16,327 bases of DNA, from IMG/VR virus record IMGVR_UViG_2609459850_000004, positions 1 to 16,327 of that record, one strand, 5' to 3'. Of the stretch, positions 1 to 8,386 are shown piece after piece (positions within the stretch are counted from its first letter, which is position 1; every line of letters starts with the position of its first letter). A program made the position numbers and the translations under genes. A model generated the notes under the pieces. The model made no database searches. It had not been told where the DNA came from and saw only the letters and a program-made list of their open reading frames with translations. This DNA comes from a virus. Lineage: Duplodnaviria > Heunggongvirae > Uroviricota > Caudoviricetes.

Positions 1-756
1 TTATTCAGAATCAATATCTTTTAAATCATCCTGAATCGCTTGTGCGTTCGGATTTTCCTGCGGTTTGAGTTCGCCGCCATTAGCGATGAAATCATGACGC
101 TGGAAGTACGCTTCGCGCACCATAATATAAGGATCGGACGACTGACGCAGCAGACCATCGGAATCCAGCAGCTGAGCGCGGGTTTCGATCCCTTCAAGCG
201 TCCATTTACCCACAGACATCGGCCAGGTCAGCCAGGAAAGAACCGGGTAAAGACCATCCGCCATATCACCACCGTCATCACGCAGCGTGAAGCTACCGTA
301 GAACGGTAACTGAACGTAAGGCCCATAACCCACGCCATAATGACCAAGCGTACTACCGAAGCGGTGAGGTTCAGTCCGTTGCAGTTTCGGGTTCGCCATC
401 CCTGCAACATCAATAAAACCGCCCATCCCCAAAATGGTGTTCAGGAAAAAGCGGGTAAAGTGGACCATCCCCTGATAAGGGTCGCCCTGCAAGAAGTAGT
501 TAACCATCACCGCAGGTTCTTCAAGGTTGCCAGTAAAGTTGCTCAAACCGTTACGCGCCGGTTGCGGAACATAATCACGCCAGGCGACAGCGACCGGTCG
601 AACAATATACGGGTCTAATACATTGAAGTTGAAGTTGTACATGGTGCGGTTGAACCCTTCTAACGGGTCAGAACGCCCTTGCTGATCTGTACCGGAACTC
701 GCACACCCCACCAGAAGCGTAGTTCCCAGAGCAAGCGCCGACAGGCGAAGCTTCAT
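1..756 (-). CDS. mlaA: MlaA (VacJ) outer-membrane lipoprotein of the Mla phospholipid-transport system
   Basis: Complete 251-aa ORF (stop = revcomp of nt 1-3). N-terminus MKLRLSALALGTTLLVGCASS has a lipoprotein signal with lipobox LLVGC. I recognise the sequence as E. coli MlaA/VacJ, and the neighbourhood (yfdC, argW) matches. Confidence 0.93.
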   Translation of the reverse strand: MKLRLSALALGTTLLVGCASSGTDQQGRSDPLEGFNRTMYNFNFNVLDPYIVRPVAVAWRDYVPQPARNGLSNFTGNLEEPAVMVNYFLQGDPYQGMVHFTRFFLNTILGMGGFIDVAGMANPKLQRTEPHRFGSTLGHYGVGYGPYVQLPFYGSFTLRDDGGDMADGLYPVLSWLTWPMSVGKWTLEGIETRAQLLDSDGLLRQSSDPYIMVREAYFQRHDFIANGGELKPQENPNAQAIQDDLKDIDSE

Positions 757-1049
757 AAATGTCTCCCTGTTTTTTTATGGCTTATGCAGTTTGCCATCCA
801 TGACGGAACGATACCGTATCCGCCTGTTTAGGTGTGGGCGATTGTAACAGCACGTCAACTGATGTCCAGACGCCCTGATTTGCTGATTTGATCATAGCCT
901 GGTAATCGCCACCCTGTAGGCTACTTGATTCTATAGAAACAGAAAAAGGCAAACGCAGCCTTTTCTACATTTTCAGAGTAACTCCCGTCAGTTGCGAGCA
1001 AAAAAGCCGCTACGCTTTAGCTATACGTGCTAATTCAAGAGAAGAGACC

Positions 1050-1982
1050 ATGGACAACGACAAAATTGATCAACACAGCGACGAAATTGAAGTTGAGAGC
1101 GAAGAAAAAGAGCGCGGCAAAAAAATAGAAATAGATGAAGACCGACTCCCCTCCCGGGCGATGGCAATTCATGAGCATATCCGCCAGGATGGTGAAAAAG
1201 AGCTGGAACGCGACGCAATGGCGCTACTGTGGTCAGCCATTGCGGCGGGTCTGTCGATGGGCGCTTCGTTACTGGCAAAAGGGATATTTCAAGTCGAACT
1301 GGAAGGTGTGCCGGGCAGCTTCTTGCTGGAGAATCTCGGTTATACCTTTGGTTTTATTATCGTCATTATGGCCCGCCAGCAATTATTTACCGAAAATACC
1401 GTGACTGCGGTACTACCCGTCATGCAAAAACCGACAATGAGCAACGTCGGCTTACTTATACGGTTATGGGGCGTCGTGCTGCTGGGTAATATTCTCGGGA
1501 CAGGTATTGCGGCGTGGGCATTTGAATATATGCCTATCTTCAATGAAGAAACTCGCGATGCATTTGTCAAAATCGGCATGGATGTGATGAAGAACACCCC
1601 CAGCGAGATGTTTGCCAACGCGATCATTTCCGGCTGGCTGATCGCCACTATGGTTTGGATGTTTCCTGCAGCGGGTGCGGCAAAGATTGTGGTGATTATA
1701 TTGATGACCTGGCTTATTGCCCTGGGTGACACCACCCATATCGTGGTCGGTTCTGTTGAAATCCTCTATCTGGTGTTTAACGGTACGCTGCACTGGAGCG
1801 ATTTCATCTGGCCCTTCGCACTACCTACTTTAGCGGGGAACATCTGCGGCGGCACCTTTATCTTCGCGTTAATGAGTCATGCACAGATTCGTAACGACAT
1901 GAGCAATAAGCGTAAAGCAGAAGCACGCCAAAAAGCAGAACGTGCGGAAAACATTAAGAAAAATTATAAAAACCCGGCATAA
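1050..1982 (+). CDS. yfdC: YfdC inner-membrane protein, formate/nitrite transporter (FNT) family
   Basis: 310-aa ORF with an acidic N-terminus followed by multiple hydrophobic segments. Recognised as E. coli YfdC, which lies between mlaA and argW in E. coli; TAA stop at 1980-1982. Confidence 0.88.
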   Translation: MDNDKIDQHSDEIEVESEEKERGKKIEIDEDRLPSRAMAIHEHIRQDGEKELERDAMALLWSAIAAGLSMGASLLAKGIFQVELEGVPGSFLLENLGYTFGFIIVIMARQQLFTENTVTAVLPVMQKPTMSNVGLLIRLWGVVLLGNILGTGIAAWAFEYMPIFNEETRDAFVKIGMDVMKNTPSEMFANAIISGWLIATMVWMFPAAGAAKIVVIILMTWLIALGDTTHIVVGSVEILYLVFNGTLHWSDFIWPFALPTLAGNICGGTFIFALMSHAQIRNDMSNKRKAEARQKAERAENIKKNYKNPA

Positions 1983-2017
1983 ATGGCGAGGGTTTAAGCA
2001 ATCGAGCGGCAGCGTAC

Positions 2018-2046
2018 TTACCCCGCACTCCATTAGCGGGTATACT
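2018..2046 (+). promoter_or_regulatory. Putative sigma70 promoter of the tRNA-Arg gene
   Basis: TATACT hexamer at 2041-2046, 11 nt upstream of the mature tRNA 5' end, with a weak -35-like TTACCC at 2018-2023 (17-bp spacer). Pattern only, no experimental support. Confidence 0.3.
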
Positions 2047-2057
2047 CATGCCGCATT

Positions 2058-2132
2058 GTCCTCTTAGTTAAATGGATATAACGAGCCCCTCCTAAGGGCT
2101 AATTGCAGGTTCGATTCCTGCAGGGGACACCA
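2058..2132 (+). tRNA. argW: tRNA-Arg (anticodon CCU)
   Basis: 75-nt cloverleaf: acceptor stem GTCCTCT/AGGGGAC, anticodon stem AGCCC/GGGCT with loop CTCCTAA (anticodon CCT), T-arm GGTTCGATTCC, discriminator A and encoded CCA at 2130-2132. Confidence 0.93.
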
Positions 2133-2293
2133 TTTATCAGTTCGCTCCCATCCGTACCAGTCCGCAAAATCCCCTGAATATCAAGCCTTCCGTAGATTCA
2201 CAGTTCGTCATGGTCCGCTTCAGATCGTTGACAGCCGCACTCCATGACGGGTAAAAAGTGGATAAAATAATTTTACCCACCGGATTTTTACCC

Positions 2294-3451
2294 ATGCTCA
2301 CCGTTAAGCAGATTGAAGCAGCAAAGCCGAAAGAAAAACCATACCGCCTACTCGATGGTAATGGCCTGTACCTTTATGTCCCTGTGTCAGGGAAAAAGGT
2401 ATGGCAGCTTCGCTACAAGATTGACGGTAAGGAGAAAATCCTGACCGTCGGAAAATATCCGCTAATGACTTTGCAGGAGGCAAGAGATAAAGCATGGACC
2501 GCGAGGAAAGACATCTCGGTTGGCATCGATCCGGTAAAAGCGAAAAAGGCTTCGTCTAACAACAATTCCTTTAGTGCCATTTACAAGGAATGGTACGAGC
2601 ACAAGAAGCAAGTCTGGTCAGTAGGCTATGCAACTGAACTTGCCAAAATGTTTGATGACGACATTTTACCCATCATCGGCGGTCTTGAGATTCAGGATAT
2701 TGAGCCGATGCAACTGCTGGAAGTAATCCGCAGATTTGAAGATCGCGGTGCAATGGAGCGAGCCAACAAAGCCCGCAGAAGATGCGGCGAGGTTTTCCGT
2801 TACGCTATTGTCACCGGCAGGGCTAAATATAACCCGGCACCTGACCTTGCTGACGCCATGAAGGGGTACCGCAAGAAGAACTTCCCGTTTCTTCCTGCAG
2901 ACCAGATCCCGGCATTCAATAAAGCACTGGCAACATTTTCAGGAAGTATCGTATCGCTCATTGCCACCAAGGTTTTACGCTACACTGCCCTAAGAACGAA
3001 AGAGCTTCGTTCCATGCTATGGAAGAACGTCGATTTTGAAAACAGGATTATCACCATCGACGCCAGTGTGATGAAGGGCCGCAAGATTCATGTTGTTCCT
3101 ATGTCAGACCAGGTGGTTGAGCTTCTCACTACGCTAAGCTCCATCACTAAACCAGTCTCAGAGTTTGTTTTTGCCGGGCGCAACGATAAGAAGAAGCCAA
3201 TCTGCGAGAACGCGGTATTGCTTGTGATCAAACAAATCGGCTATGAAGGTCTGGAAAGCGGTCACGGATTCAGGCATGAATTCAGCACGATTATGAACGA
3301 GCACGAATGGCCTGCCGACGCCATTGAAGTGCAACTGGCACATGCCAACGGCGGATCTGTGCGTGGAATTTACAATCATGCTCAGTATCTCGATAAGCGC
3401 AGAGAAATGATGCAGTGGTGGGCGGACTGGCTTGATGAAAAGGTAGAGTGA
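2294..3451 (+). CDS. intS: P4-family tyrosine integrase (IntS-like prophage integrase)
   Basis: ORF directly downstream of the tRNA and reading away from it. N-terminal arm-binding-type region (KPYRLLDGNGLYLYVPVSGKKVWQLRYKIDGKEK), C-terminal catalytic region with conserved R (LRTKELRS), HGFRHEF and a tyrosine (RGIYNHAQY). The ORF track starts at GTG 2258; I prefer ATG 2294 (385 aa) from my recollection of IntS. Confidence 0.9.
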   Translation: MLTVKQIEAAKPKEKPYRLLDGNGLYLYVPVSGKKVWQLRYKIDGKEKILTVGKYPLMTLQEARDKAWTARKDISVGIDPVKAKKASSNNNSFSAIYKEWYEHKKQVWSVGYATELAKMFDDDILPIIGGLEIQDIEPMQLLEVIRRFEDRGAMERANKARRRCGEVFRYAIVTGRAKYNPAPDLADAMKGYRKKNFPFLPADQIPAFNKALATFSGSIVSLIATKVLRYTALRTKELRSMLWKNVDFENRIITIDASVMKGRKIHVVPMSDQVVELLTTLSSITKPVSEFVFAGRNDKKKPICENAVLLVIKQIGYEGLESGHGFRHEFSTIMNEHEWPADAIEVQLAHANGGSVRGIYNHAQYLDKRREMMQWWADWLDEKVE

Positions 3452-3691
3452 GCGACCTTAAACTATCGAATAGCACAAAGCCTTGCAATCCAGTGCAAAG
3501 CTTTGTGCGTATCAGTTTTGTCTGAGTGTTCTACTGAAAACATAGTAAAATCGGTAACAGTTGGAAATCATTCAATACTCGCACTATCAGAAGTTCACCA
3601 GCCAGTCGTAGCCCGTACCTCCGTACGACGTGCTACGGTTTCATTTATCCGGTGCGCCGTAAAACCCCGTCCTTCAGGGCGTGGAGGATGT

Positions 3692-3775
3692 CAACTGGAC
3701 GCACTGGAGCTGGTCGATACTTCCGGTGCGCCAGATATTGAATGGCCTACGCCTCCGGCTGTTCAGGCCAGATGA
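3692..3775 (+). pseudogene. Relic of a second tail-fibre-assembly (Tfa) gene, C-terminal end only
   Basis: Plus-strand translation ends ...QLDALELVDTSGAPDIEWPTPPAVQAR*, the Tfa C-terminal signature (compare the minus-strand Tfa ending VDTSTAPDVIWPEQPEA). The upstream 60 codons of ORF 3503-3775 look like junk. It is convergent with, and overlaps, the 3' end of the intact tfa. Confidence 0.45.
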
Positions 3776-4163
3776 CATCAGGGGCCGTTGACGTATCAAC
3801 GGCTTTCACCGCTTTTTTATGCGCCATCCACTCAGACAATTTCGCTTTATCCTCGTCACTTATATCGCCGAGCATTAATTCACCCCGCCAGTCGGCGGTT
3901 ACTTCGTCAATCTGCTGTAGCCGTTGCTGGCGATATTGTTCTGCCGCCGCTATTTGCTCTTCATGCGTTGGAGGTGGCGCATCGACCCAAGCTGGCAGTC
4001 CAGTGCTATCTGCACCAAGCATTTTACCTTCAGGCCAGGCAATACCAGCAAATTGGCTGTAGAGGTTAACACTGATTTCAATAGCTGATTCAGGAATAAA
4101 CCTGCTTTCAGGTTCAATATAAAATCCGTTATCAACGGCGTCATAAAAGTATCTTTTTTCCAT
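3747..4163 (-). CDS. Phage tail-fibre assembly protein (Tfa, lambda Tfa / P2 gpG / Mu U family)
   Basis: 138 aa; C-terminus KAVKAVDTSTAPDVIWPEQPEA matches the conserved Tfa tail. It follows the fibre gene, with the stop of the fibre gene adjacent to its start. Confidence 0.85.
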   Translation of the reverse strand: MEKRYFYDAVDNGFYIEPESRFIPESAIEISVNLYSQFAGIAWPEGKMLGADSTGLPAWVDAPPPTHEEQIAAAEQYRQQRLQQIDEVTADWRGELMLGDISDEDKAKLSEWMAHKKAVKAVDTSTAPDVIWPEQPEA

Positions 4164-4164
4164 G

Positions 4165-4878
4165 TTAATAACCTATTGCCAATAAACAACCGGCAGCTTG
4201 AGCAGCCGTCCATGAAGTCCCATTAACTGTTCCTAAAGCACGAACTTTGACTGTCGTTCTGGTAGAGCCATTAATATCGAAGCCCCACGTTGTGCCGGAC
4301 GATCCATTCCACGAGCTAGCAGAAGCACCTGAGTCAATCGCAGTGGCATGAAGCAGAGCGTTAGGAAATGCTATAGGTAATGTAACGGTTGCTAATCCAG
4401 TCGAATCGGCAACAAATCCAGAGACCCACTGGAAAATGATATTTTGTTCAACCCCATCAATTAAAGCCGGGATCAATATTCTCCCGGTATTACCAGTTAC
4501 CCCTACAGCAGCGCCAAGTTTTGCCGCTTCTCCCAAACCAAGATTTTCGAGAGCCGTTTCCACCGTGCCGTCCGATTTGATATCGCCAAACGGATTCTTG
4601 CGGCTCAGGTATTCAACAGCAAACCCCGATCCCAGCAATTCAACAAAACCGGGCAGATCACCATTATCAAGCACATCCCGTTGCGTTTTGTCACTTACAA
4701 ACTGGGCCAGAGCTGCAGCAATAAAGCTGGCCTGCCGAATAACCTTATTGACTTGCGCACTGGATGCTTTACCTGCTGTAAATCCGGATAAAAGCGCGGG
4801 CAACGCTTCCCATTCCTCCTGCGATATAACATTGGCACTTCGATCCGTTGCAAACGCTTTAAAGTCATTTTTCGCCAT
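4165..4878 (-). CDS. Phage tail-fibre protein (short; gpH / Mu S position)
   Basis: Position between the gpI-like gene and tfa. Start ATG at 4878 overlaps the stop of the upstream gene (TGATG); the track's alternative start is 4896. Gly/Ser/Thr-rich C-terminal half typical of fibre distal domains. Assignment is by synteny plus composition. Confidence 0.65.
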   Translation of the reverse strand: MAKNDFKAFATDRSANVISQEEWEALPALLSGFTAGKASSAQVNKVIRQASFIAAALAQFVSDKTQRDVLDNGDLPGFVELLGSGFAVEYLSRKNPFGDIKSDGTVETALENLGLGEAAKLGAAVGVTGNTGRILIPALIDGVEQNIIFQWVSGFVADSTGLATVTLPIAFPNALLHATAIDSGASASSWNGSSGTTWGFDINGSTRTTVKVRALGTVNGTSWTAAQAAGCLLAIGY

Positions 4879-5558
4879 CAGAGTAATACTCCCCATGCTC
4901 CTACATCAAAACCACTGATGAATTCGTTATCTATATCAAAACCAAAAAATTTTGAGCCTTCCGATGGGGTTTCCACCGAAGGTGTTTCAATGCCTCCCGC
5001 CCATACCCCGGCGGCTTTTACTGTGAGATACCCCTGTTTAATTGCCGCAATTAACTCACGCGATACATCTGAAATATCAGTATCAGGAAAGACCCAGACC
5101 GATATCGTCATGTCCTGGTTATCGACTATCTGCATTCGCAGTCCGGATCCTGCTGTCGCCGCGTCAAGAATTACCGGAAGCGAATCATTCCGTCCGTCCC
5201 AGTTATTAATCGCAATCTTCGCTTTAAGAATGACACGATAAGTTTCATCGCTGAGATACATGTATCCAGAATCAGGATCATATGGCCCCTGCCATACCCC
5301 CTGATCATATCCAATCCCGTCGGCATCCCAGCTGAAATAGACACCTGAGATAGGCTGGCTGACAACACGGCTGCGTCCGATCCACAATCCAAGAATGTCA
5401 AGTTGCACACCAACCGCAGAGTCAATATCAAATGCAGTAATCAGCCCTCTGGTGGCAGCCGCAACATCAATAAGCGGCCGGGTCATCAGATCAACATGTG
5501 CAAGAAATTTAGGTTTGGTGGCGTGATAGTTTGTGATTAGTTCGGTGTATTTGCTCAT
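4878..5558 (-). CDS. Baseplate protein, P2 gpI / Mu gp48-like (DUF2313/YmfQ-like)
   Basis: 226 aa; ATGA start/stop overlap with the J-like gene; synteny J-I-fibre. Family recognised from memory. Confidence 0.65.
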   Translation of the reverse strand: MSKYTELITNYHATKPKFLAHVDLMTRPLIDVAAATRGLITAFDIDSAVGVQLDILGLWIGRSRVVSQPISGVYFSWDADGIGYDQGVWQGPYDPDSGYMYLSDETYRVILKAKIAINNWDGRNDSLPVILDAATAGSGLRMQIVDNQDMTISVWVFPDTDISDVSRELIAAIKQGYLTVKAAGVWAGGIETPSVETPSEGSKFFGFDIDNEFISGFDVGAWGVLL

Positions 5559-6754
5559 GACTCCACCGTTATAACGATATTTTCCGGGGTACAGGACGCA
5601 GATTCGTTATATCTGATATCAATGTTTGATGACGACAAAGCCCCAGGGGATTTCCCAATCGTCAGTTCCTGAATATCGTAATAGCGTGCATTCCCGCCAC
5701 TCACCACGCCAAGATTCGCCGGTGAGTAAATGCGACTTAAAAGGACCGAATCACCAATCATCAGACTATTGATATAGTCGGAAATAGCCGGCTGGATCTG
5801 CTGCCCTATCTGTGAGGTATAACCCGTAAAAACTTTTAATTTAATCCGGGCATAAACAGGCACATCACTGGAACGCGAGAATTTGATTACATGGGGATTG
5901 CCGTATTTATCCGGAACCGTAACGGATGTTGTACCGTGAGTGGCTGTACCCTGGCCTTTATTCCCTCTAATAGCCTGAGCAATATCCGTCACATCACCGC
6001 CATCCACAATTACAGCAACAGAGTGTGGCGGTAACCCGTTACCGTCCTCCGAACCAGTATCGTTTTCATAGAGTTTGTGGCGGGTTACACCGGTAACATT
6101 AGAAACAGCACCATCCAGTGCTTCAAATGGGGTTATTGATGGCAACGCAACACTTTGCGACTGGCGGATACGTAACTCCGCATCAGTTTCTGCTGGAGTG
6201 CCTACAGTAGCTGCAGCAGGATTGGTTACCGAAACCCAGCCACGGGTCGGTGTGTTAATGGTGGTAATAGTCCCGGCCATCGCCGCAACCGAACCGCTAT
6301 TCGCACATGTGGCCGTCACCAGCACAGTACCATCAACCCCGATTGCTACACTCGCGGGAAAATTCCAGATAATGCCGTTTTTATCCCGTGCGGAGCCATT
6401 CGTGATAGTCGTGCCAGCCGTACCGGTTAACAGAAGGTCAGCAGTAGAGTTTGTTGCTACTTTTCGCGTGATCCCGTTAATTTTCACATTGCTGCTAAGC
6501 GCTGCGGCCTGCGCTGTCGTCGGTGAAAACGAGTTGTAGATCTCGATAGCGGTATTGTTAGCATCATGCACAGCCAGAGCCACCAGCGCGACCATTTGCC
6601 CATCTTTGCTGTCTGGTTCGAGGTAGGCATCACTACCGTAAATCTGCCTGAAATAGCTGGTCAGTGTATCGAGGATTGTCTGGTAATCAGGCGCACTAAT
6701 CCCCTGGGCGGTTACCGTTGCCGATAGCCCCAGCGTGTCGAGGTTCAAAGCCAT
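5555..6754 (-). CDS. Baseplate J-like protein (P2 gpJ / Mu gp47 family)
   Basis: 399 aa; size and position between the W-like and I-like genes, with translational coupling on both sides. Confidence 0.75.
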   Translation of the reverse strand: MALNLDTLGLSATVTAQGISAPDYQTILDTLTSYFRQIYGSDAYLEPDSKDGQMVALVALAVHDANNTAIEIYNSFSPTTAQAAALSSNVKINGITRKVATNSTADLLLTGTAGTTITNGSARDKNGIIWNFPASVAIGVDGTVLVTATCANSGSVAAMAGTITTINTPTRGWVSVTNPAAATVGTPAETDAELRIRQSQSVALPSITPFEALDGAVSNVTGVTRHKLYENDTGSEDGNGLPPHSVAVIVDGGDVTDIAQAIRGNKGQGTATHGTTSVTVPDKYGNPHVIKFSRSSDVPVYARIKLKVFTGYTSQIGQQIQPAISDYINSLMIGDSVLLSRIYSPANLGVVSGGNARYYDIQELTIGKSPGALSSSNIDIRYNESASCTPENIVITVES

Positions 6755-7108
6755 TTATGCCTCGCTTGTTACAGTCGTCTGGCCGTAGATTGTGTCAATG
6801 GAGGAAGTGAAAGTGACGCGTCGGCTGTTGCCGTCATAATTGGTATCGAAGGAAAGAATCGACAGAACGCCCGGCGTGTCCTGTATGCGTTCGCGTATAG
6901 CCAGGATGTAGACGTCTGATCGCTGTTTCCCAAGCACTGACTGAACATACGGCGTACCTTCCGTCAGATCGAGAAACCACTGACCGCGCCACAGCTCGAA
7001 ACGGGTTTTTACGGCCTGGGCGACACACTCCGGACTGTCTATAAGGAAGGTGTCGTCACCCTGCCCGAAAGTGTAATCACCGTCAGCATCTTCTCGTCGG
7101 TATCGCAT
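6755..7108 (-). CDS. Small baseplate protein, gpW / gp25 / Mu gp46-like
   Basis: 117 aa; sits between the V-like and J-like genes and its start overlaps the V stop (TAATG). Assignment mainly by size and synteny. Confidence 0.5.
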   Translation of the reverse strand: MRYRREDADGDYTFGQGDDTFLIDSPECVAQAVKTRFELWRGQWFLDLTEGTPYVQSVLGKQRSDVYILAIRERIQDTPGVLSILSFDTNYDGNSRRVTFTSSIDTIYGQTTVTSEA

Positions 7109-7848
7109 TATTGCGGCCCTCCAGTAGTCCCCCCGCCTGTCTGAACTCCGCCATGTTTATGCGTGGCGACACTTATACCTGAAGCTGTCACATCATTCGT
7201 TACCGTAACCGGCCCAAGCATCGTCGCAGTACCACCACTTTCTCCCATTCCCTGAGACAGGTTACCGTTAATCGTTACGTTGCCGTTCAGCGTGATGGTC
7301 GGGGATGTGATTGTCGTTCCACCTTCAGCCGTAGCCGTAAGCTGGCCCGGCGTTTTAATGGTGATGTTATGTCCTGCAGCGACCTCTACGAACGCCGCAC
7401 CATCATCGGTTCGCAGCTGCGCGGCGCTGGTGCTGATACCACTGATTTTCTGTGCTTGCGACTGCGGGCCAACGATGGCGAACGCATCAGATAAGTCATG
7501 CTGGCGCGGGTCGACGGTCTCCTGAACGCCGCCGCTCTGCCACCAAAAATCAATGCAACGGTCGGCAAAGATCAGCAGGCACTCGTCGCCTTCTTTTACC
7601 GGAAAGGTCAGCGTGCAACCGCCGCCGCGCGGGAAGATAACCGGCACATCCACCAGCGGTTTTAATTCGGTGGAGCCATCGCCAACAATACCGCGAAGCG
7701 CCACTTCTACTGTGCAGGTTACAGCGTCAGGATCGAACGACTGAATGATGCCAGGCATCGCCACGCGCATTTGGGTAGACACTGAATCGGCAATGGCCTG
7801 CGCGGTCTGCTGCTCACCGCCGATCTGTGATTGAGTTGGAATTGGCAT
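7108..7848 (-). CDS. Baseplate spike/hub protein (P2 gpV / Mu gp45 family)
   Basis: 246 aa; C-terminus ...ATHKHGGVQTGGGTTGGPQ matches the gpV apex motif (P2 gpV ends HTHKHPGDSGGTTGSPL) and N-terminal ...MPGIIQSFDPDAVTCTVEV resembles the gpV OB-fold start. An internal Met (MRVAMPGII) could be the true start. Confidence 0.8.
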   Translation of the reverse strand: MPIPTQSQIGGEQQTAQAIADSVSTQMRVAMPGIIQSFDPDAVTCTVEVALRGIVGDGSTELKPLVDVPVIFPRGGGCTLTFPVKEGDECLLIFADRCIDFWWQSGGVQETVDPRQHDLSDAFAIVGPQSQAQKISGISTSAAQLRTDDGAAFVEVAAGHNITIKTPGQLTATAEGGTTITSPTITLNGNVTINGNLSQGMGESGGTATMLGPVTVTNDVTASGISVATHKHGGVQTGGGTTGGPQ

Positions 7849-7858
7849 AAAAACCCCA

Positions 7859-7882
7859 TAAAAAAACCAGCCGAAGCTGGTT
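7859..7882 (-). terminator. Rho-independent terminator-like hairpin (minus-strand sense)
   Basis: Stem AACCAGC (7865-7871), loop CGAA, stem GCTGGTT (7876-7882), preceded on the plus strand by A7, which is a T-run after the hairpin on the minus strand. Lies about 10 nt upstream of the gpV-like start. Confidence 0.4.
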
Positions 7883-8059
7883 TGGTATCAATTACTAAGC
7901 TACATCAGTGTGAAGTAAGGCTTTTCCGCTGCAATGGCACACATTCACAAGGTGTATTAGGATATGTTTGCAACAAGTAAGCATTAAAAATCAATTTCAG
8001 CCATGAAGCCGCCATAGAGTGGACCTGCACCATCGCATTCTTGACTACAGGAGTAACAA

Positions 8060-8350
8060 ATGGGATTTAGATTTCGCAAAAGAATCCGGATTGCGCCCGG
8101 ACTCGCGATCAACATTAGCAAAAGCGGAGTAAGCACTTCGATTGGTGGTAAAGGTTCCACCATTAACATCGGGAAAAAAGGCGTAAAGATGACAAATGGC
8201 CTTCCCGGCACTGGGCTGTCGCATACCACTAACCTTTACTCTCCCGGAAAATCGACAGAAAAAAAACAACTTACTCATAAGCAAAAAATAATTAGAAACA
8301 TCCTGTTCGTAATTATTGTGTTTATTATAATTAAAGCTCAATATTTTTGA
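8060..8350 (+). CDS. Small DUF4236-like protein with C-terminal transmembrane helix
   Basis: 96 aa; RBS AGGAG at 8049-8053 with 6-nt spacer. N-terminus MGFRFRKRIRIAPGLAINISKSGVSTSIGGKG...PGTGLSHT matches the DUF4236 pattern as I remember it; C-terminal ILFVIIVFIIIKA is hydrophobic. AT-rich. Confidence 0.6.
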   Translation: MGFRFRKRIRIAPGLAINISKSGVSTSIGGKGSTINIGKKGVKMTNGLPGTGLSHTTNLYSPGKSTEKKQLTHKQKIIRNILFVIIVFIIIKAQYF

Positions 8351-8355
8351 CGCAT

Positions 8356-8386
8356 GCCCGCCTATCTGGCGGGCTATTTTACTTTT
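8356..8386 (+). terminator. Rho-independent terminator between convergent genes
   Basis: Perfect 7-bp stem GCCCGCC (8356-8362) / GGCGGGC (8368-8374), loop TATCT, then T-rich TATTTTACTTTT. The lipoprotein stop codon lies inside the stem. Confidence 0.6.

Noticed and set aside
1340-1793. Minus-strand ORFs antisense to yfdC, and similar antisense ORFs in mlaA and the phage genes (e.g. 40-309, 340-618, 4436-4918, 6075-6539)
   Set aside because: They overlap well-supported genes on the opposite strand and lack start signals.
2258-2293. GTG start at 2258 for the integrase (track ORF start)
   Set aside because: ATG at 2294 gives the 385-aa length I recall for IntS and a typical MLTVKQ N-terminus; the upstream extension has no convincing RBS. 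Kept as an alternative only.
3503-3775. Plus-strand ORF of 90 aa between the integrase and tfa
   Set aside because: Only the last 25 or so residues look like protein (Tfa C-terminus). The rest has no RBS and junk-like composition, so it is reported only as a C-terminal relic, not as a gene.
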